Virus record (IMG/VR): IMGVR_UViG_3300048580_000375
Span: 3,304 to 67,303 of that record
Reading direction: 5' to 3' (one strand)
DNA length: 64,000 nucleotides
Source of the DNA: a virus
Position numbers and translations under genes: made by a program. This document shows positions 17,764 to 27,374 of this stretch, one piece after another. Within the stretch, counting starts at the first letter, position 1. Each line of letters starts with the position of its first letter. The notes beneath the pieces were generated by a model that saw only the letters and a program-made list of their open reading frames with translations, did not search any database and was not told where the DNA came from.

Positions 17764-20007
17764 TTAAACAGTTCCGTTATTTAATTCTAACATATTATTT
17801 GATACTAATTGTAAAATACTATATCTGAATTCAGGGTTATTAATTAAATCTCTTCTCATATCTAAACTAACCCCCATACCTAAATCTAATTTTAAAGTTC
17901 CATTTATATTAACATCTGTTACGCCACCCATACCATTTTTTCTTAAATACGCAGTATCATCTGGAGCTCCTTGAGCAATTGGTCTTAAACCCCTAGGTGT
18001 TGGTTTTGAAATAACTAAACCATTTGGACTGATATCACCATCATTAACTTGCTCTAAGTCGTTGAAAGACATTATATCTTTTCCTCGTTCATTTTCAAAC
18101 CTTAAAAATGATCCCAACCTACCAAAACTATTATTCCAAGCAACCATTAAAACACCACCTAACATTTTACCTAAGCTAGTTAAAGCATCCATCATTGTCG
18201 TGTTTTTATTTGGATCGAACAATCTACCAATCCATTCACCAACACTTTTAATACCTTCAGTTATACTAGTGAGAAAACTATCTAAACCACCACCTTCAAT
18301 CATACCACCAACCACATTACCAACAGTTTCCATAGCCTTAGTTAAGTTTTCAGCAAAATCGGTTCTATCTAAAACAGCGATAAGTTTATCCATTATTGGT
18401 GCAAACCCAGCCTTTAAAATTTCAAATAAATTTTTCATCTTATCAAAGAATGTTAATCTTTGAGTTGCGGCGTCTGCCAATTTTTTTTGTTCACCAATAG
18501 CTTTCTTTAAATTTTCAGGACTTAAATTTTCCAATAATTCCATATTATCCCCAACTAAAATTTCAAACTTACCAGTACCCTTGTTTAATTGAGCCAAATT
18601 TTTAATTGTTTCTCTTTGTTCTTTTTCAAACGCAAATAAATTTTTTACTTGACTTAAAGCTTTTTCTTGTCTTGCTAATGTTAAAGCACTTTCAGTCATT
18701 TCATCAATAGATATACCTGTTGCTTCAGCAACTTTTCTCAACCTATGTAATTCCATTGCAGGTATTTTGAATTCACCTGACGCTTTATCAAACATAGCAA
18801 CACCTTTAGTTGCTTCAATTAAGGATTTTTGTAATCCTTCCATATCATTTCTTGCTTGGTATATTAACTGCATTGGATCACCTAAAGCAGCAAAACTACC
18901 ACCTAATACTTGTAATTGTGCAGATAATTCAACAGCACCTTCCAACTCAAATAACTTTTCAGATAAACCAAATACGGATTCCATACTCATTTTAACTGAC
19001 GTTGCGGTTTGAGCCATTTGAGCTAAGTTTTTAGCCCCATCCTTGAAACTATATTTTTGAGCTGTTTTTAAACTACCTTCAATATTTTTTAATACTTTAG
19101 AAGAGTTTAGACCGAGTTTTTGATTGGTGATGAAAGTTGTTTCAACTAAATCTTTAACATCAGTCATATTATAACCAAAGGCCTCAAAAGAAGCTGCCAT
19201 TCTACCCGCACCATCAGCACCTAAGTCAGTTCCAAGTGCAATTTCAGTCATATCACCCATCATCTTGCTAGATAATACAACACCCCTACCTAAAGCATCG
19301 TTATAAGCTTTCTGACCCGCCAACATATCAGCAATATGAACACCCATTGATTGTGTATGAACAGCAGTTAATGCGGCTTGATGTCTTAAATTCATCATCT
19401 GTTCTGATGTCATACCAACATCAACGGACAATGCTCTAGCCGCTTTATCTAACTTATCGTAATAATTAATGAAGAAGTCTTTAATTTCAGAAAATATACT
19501 ACCAAGTACGCCGGCAACCGGAACCATTCTACCTATAAGTCCAGCCATTGCCTTACCACCAATTACGGATCTACCAATACTATCGGCAGCCGCTTGATTT
19601 TCGGCATACTCTTGTTTTTTTAATTTGATTATTTCTTCTAAATTTTTCTTTCTTTCACCTTCAGCTTTGTCTGCTATTTTTTGTAAATCCCTCATTGAGC
19701 GGTATAAATTATCGTTTTCTTTTTGTATTTTACGATAAGCTTCACCCGCTTTAATATTCTCTTTTAACCCATCAAATGTTAATTTTCTTGTTTTTTGTCT
19801 TAAATCATATTCCTCATTTAATAATTCATTTTCAATTCTTTTTAAGTCATTTAATCTATCTAATAACTCTTTTTGTTTTTCAATTTCTTCAGTACCAGCG
19901 TTTTGAAATGAGTTAGTTCTTTCAATATTAGCGTTGATTTGGGTAACTAAATCATTAATTTCCCTATATATATTTAAACTTTCTTTAGGATCTCCACCTG
20001 TAGCCAT
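17764..20007 (-). CDS. Tape measure-like protein
   Basis: Long helical Ala/Gly/Leu-rich protein between the chaperone and baseplate genes. Confidence 0.75.
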   Translation of the reverse strand: MATGGDPKESLNIYREINDLVTQINANIERTNSFQNAGTEEIEKQKELLDRLNDLKRIENELLNEEYDLRQKTRKLTFDGLKENIKAGEAYRKIQKENDNLYRSMRDLQKIADKAEGERKKNLEEIIKLKKQEYAENQAAADSIGRSVIGGKAMAGLIGRMVPVAGVLGSIFSEIKDFFINYYDKLDKAARALSVDVGMTSEQMMNLRHQAALTAVHTQSMGVHIADMLAGQKAYNDALGRGVVLSSKMMGDMTEIALGTDLGADGAGRMAASFEAFGYNMTDVKDLVETTFITNQKLGLNSSKVLKNIEGSLKTAQKYSFKDGAKNLAQMAQTATSVKMSMESVFGLSEKLFELEGAVELSAQLQVLGGSFAALGDPMQLIYQARNDMEGLQKSLIEATKGVAMFDKASGEFKIPAMELHRLRKVAEATGISIDEMTESALTLARQEKALSQVKNLFAFEKEQRETIKNLAQLNKGTGKFEILVGDNMELLENLSPENLKKAIGEQKKLADAATQRLTFFDKMKNLFEILKAGFAPIMDKLIAVLDRTDFAENLTKAMETVGNVVGGMIEGGGLDSFLTSITEGIKSVGEWIGRLFDPNKNTTMMDALTSLGKMLGGVLMVAWNNSFGRLGSFLRFENERGKDIMSFNDLEQVNDGDISPNGLVISKPTPRGLRPIAQGAPDDTAYLRKNGMGGVTDVNINGTLKLDLGMGVSLDMRRDLINNPEFRYSILQLVSNNMLELNNGTV

Positions 20008-20020
20008 AACTATTTAAGTA

Positions 20021-20644
20021 TTAAGGTTTGTTAATTACATTTAATCTAAATTGATACTTCTTGTATTTGTTTTTATCTACAAGATCATTTATATCCAAAG
20101 CTGTTAAGTATGTCATATCATAAGTATTAGGTGTATATATAACACCTGAACTTGGTGATTTTTTATTATATATAATATCATTATATTTAACTAAATATTT
20201 ATTGTTTGTTAGAATAAAATCAACAGAAAATAAATCCGGATAACCTGTCGTTGTTTTCATTTTAACATTACCTTTAGTAAAAATTTCTTTTATTCTTTGG
20301 TAATCATCCACACTAACTTTAAGATATTGGAATCCTGTGTAATTATCTCTCGTAGTAAAAGATATTGTTATTTTATTAGTTTTATCTTTACCCTCAACAT
20401 CATCACGAGTTTGTCTTGATCTAGGGATATTAAAACCTATTTTATCCGCAGCTTTTTCAACATTTTTATTAGCCAATCTAGCACCACCAATACCTTTATA
20501 TTCTTTAGGTGATCTGATAAATCCTGGTGTTAGTTGTTTACCAACATTAGCAATTTTAGAATCAACTCTACCACCACCATCTCTAGTAATTTTAAAATCA
20601 TCAGCTTCTTTTAATATTTCATTAAATAAATCTATAAGTTTCAT
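20021..20644 (-). CDS. Hypothetical protein (likely start MKLIDL)
   Basis: ORF track; ATG directly after a TATTTAT motif. Confidence 0.7.
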   Translation of the reverse strand: MKLIDLFNEILKEADDFKITRDGGGRVDSKIANVGKQLTPGFIRSPKEYKGIGGARLANKNVEKAADKIGFNIPRSRQTRDDVEGKDKTNKITISFTTRDNYTGFQYLKVSVDDYQRIKEIFTKGNVKMKTTTGYPDLFSVDFILTNNKYLVKYNDIIYNKKSPSSGVIYTPNTYDMTYLTALDINDLVDKNKYKKYQFRLNVINKP

Positions 20645-20677
20645 ATATATAAATATGTTTAAATAAAAAAACCGCAA

Positions 20678-20850
20678 TTATTTATTGCGGTTTTCCATTT
20701 CTTCAAATTGTTTTATAACCCTACCAATTAAATATCTTTTTGTTTTAACAGGCATAGATAAAAAATCATTCCAAGTTATATTCCTATGATGTGATAAAAA
20801 ATCAAATTCATCGTATAGGTTTTCTTCAGTATTAAAAATCAGGCCAGAAG
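20678..20850 (-). CDS. Tail assembly chaperone C-terminal extension (probable frameshift product)
   Basis: GLIFNTEENLYDEF...WNDFLSMPVKTKRYLI; no convincing start of its own; overlaps the end of the upstream chaperone gene. Confidence 0.6.
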
Positions 20851-21617
20851 AAAGAAAGGCTGATTGGTACTGAAGTACGAAAAAATTCTCCACTTGGAGC
20901 CTCAACCTCCAAGCCTAAATCTAAACCAGGTTCTACCCTATTATATTCTTTTCTAATAGCGGAACTATCACCAATTCTCATATTTAATATAAATTGAGCA
21001 ATTCTACCTTTATCTCTATCACCATCAATTTCCATTATCATTCTTTCTAATTTTTTTGTCGATGTTTCATCAACATAAAATTTCATCATTTTCTTTTTCT
21101 TTTCAATTTCCTCATCAATTGATTCAATATCTTTAGTTGTTAATAATCTAAATTTAATGGTGGATTTTGATAGGGGTAATTTCATAGTGTATTCATTATT
21201 ATTATCAGGATCAACCAATTCTTTATATTTTATATTACTTAAATCAACCTCATATTCAAATTCTTCCCCTGTTTTAGGATCAGTCAATTTAACAGGATAT
21301 ATATTACCATAACCACTTGTTCTTAAAAAAATATAAATAGCATCCCTATCACCCGGTAATAATTCATTATGTTTAATATCCTTATCCATTATTTTTCTAT
21401 CCAATAAAACATCTAACGCTTTACCTGATTTAAGTAAATTTGGTGATAATAATATGTTTTCATCAGCCGCGGTTAAATATGATACTTTAACAGATGATTT
21501 TTTATTTGTATAAAATAACCCTTTGCTTGGTAAGGGTATAACGTCATATGGTTCATTACTCTCTTGAGCAGCTCCAATAGCTTTTAATTGATCTAAATTC
21601 TTTATATCTAATTCCAT
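20832..21617 (-). CDS. T4 gp26-like baseplate hub / tail assembly chaperone
   Basis: LPSKGLFY...LTAADENIL...GDRDAIYIFLR..GYG; ends in FFWPDF. Confidence 0.8.
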   Translation of the reverse strand: MELDIKNLDQLKAIGAAQESNEPYDVIPLPSKGLFYTNKKSSVKVSYLTAADENILLSPNLLKSGKALDVLLDRKIMDKDIKHNELLPGDRDAIYIFLRTSGYGNIYPVKLTDPKTGEEFEYEVDLSNIKYKELVDPDNNNEYTMKLPLSKSTIKFRLLTTKDIESIDEEIEKKKKMMKFYVDETSTKKLERMIMEIDGDRDKGRIAQFILNMRIGDSSAIRKEYNRVEPGLDLGLEVEAPSGEFFRTSVPISLSFFWPDF

Positions 21618-21658
21618 ACATTATATATATGAAACTTTTAGTTTTTGTAAATATTTAC

Positions 21659-22480
21659 TTATTTACCGTAATAAGGGTTAGGGTTTAATTTAGATTGCAT
21701 TTTTTGTCTCAACTCTTCAGTTCTACCAGGATAATTAGTTTGAGTTGGTTGTGTTTGATTAGGTGTTTGTTTATTTTGAACCCCTTGAGTTGGTTGTGTT
21801 TGATTAGGCGTCGATTGAGTTTGAGTTGGTTGTATTTGATTTGTTTTTTTATTAAAAAATAAATTACTATCTTTAGATAAACTACTCTCATTTAATTTCA
21901 ACATTTTTTCATTTGCACCTAAAAATTCTTTTAAGAAATACATATACTTATAAGCTTGTTCCACCAAAACACTTTCATTTCTTCTAGGAGATGAAAATAA
22001 CTTTTCTAAATCTTTTATCGAATTTTCAATATTTTTATTTATTGATAATCCGATTCTCTTTAATTTAAGATTTTCTCGGTTATCCCCATTTTTACCTGTA
22101 TAGTATTGAGCTTTAGGTATTTTAATATATTTAGTATTTAGATTTAAAACCTTAGTATTTTGATCTGTAAAATCAGCTAAAAGATATAAATATTCAGAAA
22201 CATCCACGTTTCTACTTGGGTAATTTTCTACAATTTTTTTTATTGAGTTGTCAATAAAATTATATACCGATAATCCAATACTTTTTAATTTAGTTTCATC
22301 ACCTAAATTTTTTATCCCTTGATAACTTGTTCTTTTACCATCACCTGTCACAATATTTTTAATGTTTGACCCAACAGCTTTAATTTGTTTAGTTCCGGCA
22401 GATACTTTAGCACCTAACCTATCAAAAAAACCTTCATTTAATAAGGTATTATATTGTTCTTCTGTTATTTTAATTTTCAT
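21659..22480 (-). CDS. Hypothetical protein with Q/T/P-rich tail
   Basis: ORF track; MKIKITEEQY..LLNE N-terminus. Confidence 0.75.
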   Translation of the reverse strand: MKIKITEEQYNTLLNEGFFDRLGAKVSAGTKQIKAVGSNIKNIVTGDGKRTSYQGIKNLGDETKLKSIGLSVYNFIDNSIKKIVENYPSRNVDVSEYLYLLADFTDQNTKVLNLNTKYIKIPKAQYYTGKNGDNRENLKLKRIGLSINKNIENSIKDLEKLFSSPRRNESVLVEQAYKYMYFLKEFLGANEKMLKLNESSLSKDSNLFFNKKTNQIQPTQTQSTPNQTQPTQGVQNKQTPNQTQPTQTNYPGRTEELRQKMQSKLNPNPYYGK

Positions 22481-22494
22481 AAATTTAATATTTT

Positions 22495-24858
22495 TTATCT
22501 AAAGTAATCACCTCTAATAGAACCACTAACTTTTGTATCGAATCCAACACCGGTTGGTTTTTTATTTGAGGTTTCTTGACTTACAGATTGTTCAGTTTCA
22601 TCTCCTTCAGGTTGATTACCACCACCTTGATTTGATTGATTAGAACCTTGTTGATTACCACCTCGATTATTTACTTGTGGATTTGTACCTTGAGTTGTTT
22701 GTCCCCCTGATTTACCACCACCTTTAACTACACAATCATAAGCTTGAATAAATAAATTCATAGGGGCTTTAGCACTACCATAAGCACCTGTTAAACCAAC
22801 ATCTTCTTTATATGCCATAATAATTCTACTTACTAATGATATCGCTTTAGCTATCGCTTGAACATTTCTACTTCTAGCTATTTTAGGATCTTCAGCTTCT
22901 TTTACTAATTGTTCAAATGGAATTACTTTACCAATAGTTGCTCTATTCTGAATAATTAAATTACCTATTTGCATCATATCCTCTTGAGCCGCCTTTAATG
23001 TATCTTTACCTTGTGAAATTGAAGTATTAACCAATAATTCCATAGGTTTAACTAATGCAGATACATTGGCTTGTTTAAATGCTTTAACCACTTTATTCCA
23101 AGAATTAACCGCATCTGTCTCACCGGCTTGTAAAGCCCCACCTTTAGGTGCGTTTGTTTGTGTTACGTTAGCAGCATTTGCAGTATTCCAAGCCGCACCC
23201 GCTTCTTTTAATTCAATAAACTCCCTAAGTAAATTATGAACAACAGCATCAATACTAGATTTTAATTGTGACTGAGTTAAAGGTTTAGAATTAGGAAATC
23301 TACCTTGTTTTTGTTGTGTTGGTTGTGGTTTATTTGGTTGTGTTGGTTGTGGTGATGTTTTTGTTGGTTTAGTTGGTATTTTAACAACACCTTTATTAAT
23401 CATTTCGTTTAATTGAATAGTAGCCTTAATTAGATTTTTTACACATTCAATATTTATACCTGTTGTACCACCTTGTTGGTTTTGTTTATCGCCACCTTTA
23501 CCATCAGTTTTAATAATACCTGATGATGGGTTTTCTTGGGTTGGTTTTAAATCAACTAATGATTGGTATAAGTCATTTAAAGTTTTAGCTCTTGATTGTT
23601 TTTGTCCTTTAATTCTCATACCCTTTACAAGAGCACCCGCAGCTATTAAACCAATACCTAAAGCACCTACGATTGGAGCTGCGGAACCAGCAGCGGTTTT
23701 AATTAATACTTTCTTTAATATAGGGACAGTAACTTTTTTAGCTATTGTTTCTACAACAGAACCACCCGGAACTGTTACCAAAGTATCACCAATACTTCTA
23801 CCTGTTCCAGCCCAATCACCTTTAAACATTTCACCTAAACTTTTATACCCATCAGGATTGTTTTTAATTTGTTCTAATACTTGTTTAGCAACATCAGGAT
23901 TTCTAAATATACCACCTTGTTCTGTTAAAGCACCAATACCTTTATCTAAATCACCATTACCAACTTTTGTAACAGCATCTAAAAATTGTTGTGGGGTTGA
24001 ATTTGGGTTTAATCCCGTTCCCTCAAACATATTTAACCATTGAGTTAAACCTTGTCCTGGTTGTATAGTTCCAATAGTATTTTTTAAATATTTAACTTTT
24101 TCTTCTTCTGTTGGAACTTCAATGAATCTTTGCCCCCAAACTGAATCCATTAACCAACTTAAACCACCTAAACTAACACCAAGTCCTGATAATAATAAAG
24201 GTAATTTATTTGATTTAAGAGTTTTCATTCTACTCGAATCAAAAGTTCCTGTCTTACCAGCTTGATTTAATTTAGCACTTCTCGGTTCAGCCTCATCTAA
24301 TAATTCATATTCAGTAATTAAATCACCTTCAATATTTTCATGATCCATAACACTAAAAGCCGCAGTTAAATCAGTATCTAAAAACTTTTTAACATACGTT
24401 CTTAAATCACCAATAATAACATTAGCAGCGTCAATAGGTAAAAACTTAGAATCTGTCGGTGATAATTTAGTTGAAGCGACAATTGAATCGTAAGCTTGTG
24501 AAACTAATATTATACACCTTAAAAAAGATACTCTGGACTTATTATTTGGGAATTCAGAATCAATATCACGAATATCCCTATCTAATTGTTGAATTATTTC
24601 ATTACCTTTTTTTGTTAATAAATCTCTGATTTTACCTTCAGCATTAGCAGTTGATTGAGTTTTACCTAATATTTTACCATCAGCTTTATATCTGCCTAAT
24701 TTAGATAGAGCATATTTAGTTGTTTCCCACCAACCTTCATTTAATAATTCTTTGTTTATATCCTCTAATATTAAATCTATTTCTTGTGATTCATTTAATG
24801 GTTTAACACCCATCACTTTTCTATTTCTATTGATTTCTTCAATTAATATTTTACTCAT
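22495..24858 (-). CDS. Large putative internal virion protein with hydrophobic segments
   Basis: 787 aa; LNE motifs; two Gly-rich hydrophobic helices. Confidence 0.65.
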   Translation of the reverse strand: MSKILIEEINRNRKVMGVKPLNESQEIDLILEDINKELLNEGWWETTKYALSKLGRYKADGKILGKTQSTANAEGKIRDLLTKKGNEIIQQLDRDIRDIDSEFPNNKSRVSFLRCIILVSQAYDSIVASTKLSPTDSKFLPIDAANVIIGDLRTYVKKFLDTDLTAAFSVMDHENIEGDLITEYELLDEAEPRSAKLNQAGKTGTFDSSRMKTLKSNKLPLLLSGLGVSLGGLSWLMDSVWGQRFIEVPTEEEKVKYLKNTIGTIQPGQGLTQWLNMFEGTGLNPNSTPQQFLDAVTKVGNGDLDKGIGALTEQGGIFRNPDVAKQVLEQIKNNPDGYKSLGEMFKGDWAGTGRSIGDTLVTVPGGSVVETIAKKVTVPILKKVLIKTAAGSAAPIVGALGIGLIAAGALVKGMRIKGQKQSRAKTLNDLYQSLVDLKPTQENPSSGIIKTDGKGGDKQNQQGGTTGINIECVKNLIKATIQLNEMINKGVVKIPTKPTKTSPQPTQPNKPQPTQQKQGRFPNSKPLTQSQLKSSIDAVVHNLLREFIELKEAGAAWNTANAANVTQTNAPKGGALQAGETDAVNSWNKVVKAFKQANVSALVKPMELLVNTSISQGKDTLKAAQEDMMQIGNLIIQNRATIGKVIPFEQLVKEAEDPKIARSRNVQAIAKAISLVSRIIMAYKEDVGLTGAYGSAKAPMNLFIQAYDCVVKGGGKSGGQTTQGTNPQVNNRGGNQQGSNQSNQGGGNQPEGDETEQSVSQETSNKKPTGVGFDTKVSGSIRGDYFR

Positions 24859-25006
24859 ACATATAAATAGACAATATTTTAAAAATAAAAAAACCCACTA
24901 TATCTTTTTACAGATAAGTGGGTTATTTATAAAACCAACAAAGAATTATAATATATAAATAACTAAAAATTTAAAAAAGTAAAATAATTATCACTTAAAT
25001 TTGGGA

Positions 25007-25267
25007 TTATTTTTCCCACTCATCTTTTATTTTTTTAAATAATTCATCCAATGTTTCAGCATTCCAAACCCTTACAATACTTCCATCAGGGTATTCAAAT
25101 TCAGCTTGAGGGACCCAATTGACTCCTGTTTCTTCAACAGCAACATCCCATCCTTGATATAATTCACTTTCTAACGCTTCGTAAGGGATATTATCATTAT
25201 CTAACATACCTTTCATTTCAATACAGTCTGGACATCCAAACTTTGTCCAAATAAACAATTTTTTCAT
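25007..25267 (-). CDS. Glutaredoxin-like protein
   Basis: CPDC motif and VP cis-proline motif. Confidence 0.85.
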   Translation of the reverse strand: MKKLFIWTKFGCPDCIEMKGMLDNDNIPYEALESELYQGWDVAVEETGVNWVPQAEFEYPDGSIVRVWNAETLDELFKKIKDEWEK

Positions 25268-26115
25268 ACTACCAATTTATTAAATTTATTTAATCTTTCT
25301 TTACTGATTTCAATATATAATTCATTCATATCAAAACCAATATAATTTCTATTATTATTGTAAGATGCTACCCCTGTTGAAGCCACACCGTTAAAAGGAT
25401 CTAAAACTAAATCACCTTCTCTTGTCAGCCATTTAACAAAAAATTCAGGTAATTCAGGATTAAATGGTGCGGGATGCCTTCCTGAACTTTCATCTCTTAC
25501 AGTCGCAGCTGTATTGAATTGAAATAATGTACCAGGAACTTTACCTAACGGATTTACATTAACCTTTTTCTTTTTTGTGTTATCAGTTAAACCATTTTCG
25601 TCAATAACATCATTAGCCATTACTTTATAATCAAATCGTTTAACGGAAGCTTCCGCATATGGTTCTCTTATATCGTCTGTATTACAATAAAAATCTTTAG
25701 GTGATTTTACAAAATGAAAAATATATTCAATCCTATCATTTAATCTTTTCTTACCACCTGTCGGTAAAGCGGCTTTCTTACCCCAAATATATCTATCGTA
25801 TAGTTTGAAATCTGTTTCCCTTACAATACGACAAACTAAATCCATAACATAGATACTTCTTTCACCATTAGATACCTTATCATTTATATTCATAATAAAT
25901 GAACCATCATCAGTTAGTTTATTATAAAAATCTTTGATAACCGGTATAAACCAATCTGCAAAAGTATTCTCATTATATAATTTAACTTTCTTACCATAAT
26001 TTACTGTGTTAGCATAATCAGGTGATGTAACAATAAGATTAATTGACTTATCATCCATTTGTTTGATTAAATCTTCCGTTAATCCTTTATGTATTTTATT
26101 TATTTCCAAACCCAT
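25264..26115 (-). CDS. DNA N4-C/N6-A methyltransferase (beta class)
   Basis: TSPDY catalytic-type motif; HPAPF; VLDPFNG..TG SAM-binding motif. Confidence 0.9.
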   Translation of the reverse strand: MGLEINKIHKGLTEDLIKQMDDKSINLIVTSPDYANTVNYGKKVKLYNENTFADWFIPVIKDFYNKLTDDGSFIMNINDKVSNGERSIYVMDLVCRIVRETDFKLYDRYIWGKKAALPTGGKKRLNDRIEYIFHFVKSPKDFYCNTDDIREPYAEASVKRFDYKVMANDVIDENGLTDNTKKKKVNVNPLGKVPGTLFQFNTAATVRDESSGRHPAPFNPELPEFFVKWLTREGDLVLDPFNGVASTGVASYNNNRNYIGFDMNELYIEISKERLNKFNKLVV

Positions 26116-26386
26116 CTTCTAATTCCCAATCCAAAGGGACTCCATTTTTATGTTCAAATCTTTTTTGTAATTCACCTGTTTTTATATATTTTTTATAAAA
26201 ATCAGGGTTATATAATTCAATTAATTGTTCATTCCAAGATATTTTTTCTATTCTTCTCAACAATTCAATCCAATGTTCTTTAATTAACCCCTTTTTAAAC
26301 TCCCCATTTATTAGTTGAAAGTTAATAACATTAATTAAATGAGATATTGTCATATCCTCAGTTTTTTTAATTTTAGTCGTTTTCAT
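26096..26386 (-). CDS. Hypothetical protein
   Basis: ORF track; overlaps both neighbours. Confidence 0.65.
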   Translation of the reverse strand: MKTTKIKKTEDMTISHLINVINFQLINGEFKKGLIKEHWIELLRRIEKISWNEQLIELYNPDFYKKYIKTGELQKRFEHKNGVPLDWELEDGFGNK

Positions 26387-27050
26387 TCCAAATATTATTA
26401 TATTTTACTTTACTCTTTTCCTTAGTAAAAACAACCCAATAACAATGATATTTCCTTGCGTGCATCTGAACTTTATGCTTACCTGATAATATCCTATTTT
26501 TAGTTGTTTGAATAAACAAATCCTTACAATAGAATCCATGTCTTATACCATAATTAATTACTTCAATATGTGATAAGTATTGCTTTGAAGAACTAATAGT
26601 ATCTTGACATTTTACAATTAGAACACCTTTTTCATTCATTATTCTTGAGAACTCACCTATCGCAGCGTCATAGAATTTCCAAAGTTCTTCAATATTTTTA
26701 AATGAACCAAATCTATTTGATATAATATTTGAACCTAATTTACCTTTAGAACTATTAGGCGTTCCAACAACAAATGGTGGATCGAACATAATACTATTTA
26801 CCGAATTATCAGGTAATGGTAATTTATCGGCAGACGCTTGAATAGTATCTTCCGTTTGTGGGTATAAATCAAACTTATGTTTTGGTTCTGGTATAATTGT
26901 TTTCTTATAAAAATTACCCTTAGAATATGTCGGATCGACATCTATTTGTTTAGATGGGATATACAATTTTAATATATTATCTATAATAATAGATTGTTCA
27001 TCCGATACCGATTTAATAACATCTTTATTTGTTTTAGCGAATTCTATCAT
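26373..27050 (-). CDS. DNA adenine methyltransferase-like protein
   Basis: DPTYSKGNFY and FDPPF motifs. Confidence 0.75.
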   Translation of the reverse strand: MIEFAKTNKDVIKSVSDEQSIIIDNILKLYIPSKQIDVDPTYSKGNFYKKTIIPEPKHKFDLYPQTEDTIQASADKLPLPDNSVNSIMFDPPFVVGTPNSSKGKLGSNIISNRFGSFKNIEELWKFYDAAIGEFSRIMNEKGVLIVKCQDTISSSKQYLSHIEVINYGIRHGFYCKDLFIQTTKNRILSGKHKVQMHARKYHCYWVVFTKEKSKVKYNNIWNEND

Positions 27051-27331
27051 TTGTATAATACCTCCGTGATTGGATCTAAAACACCATAAGTGTCTAACAT
27101 AGTTTTTAATTCCTTAGCTTTATTAATATACCAAACAGATTTTTTAAAATCTTGTTCCAATGATTGATTTGGTTTATCACCCATACGCATTTTATATTTA
27201 AAGGCGTTCATCTCACAAAAAGCAATTGTTTTTTCAACACCCCAAATATCTACCATCATATCAATAACTTCTTTACTAAAAGTATTATAATGGTTTGGGT
27301 GATTCACATGTTCATATTCCTTGTTTTCCAT
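27047..27331 (-). CDS. DUF3310 (SaV-like) protein
   Basis: VNHPNHY...NAFKYKMRMGDK...DFKKSVWY. Confidence 0.85.
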   Translation of the reverse strand: MENKEYEHVNHPNHYNTFSKEVIDMMVDIWGVEKTIAFCEMNAFKYKMRMGDKPNQSLEQDFKKSVWYINKAKELKTMLDTYGVLDPITEVLYK

Positions 27332-27374
27332 ATATACACAAGGTTAATAAAAAAAAACTAAAAAGAAAACCTAG

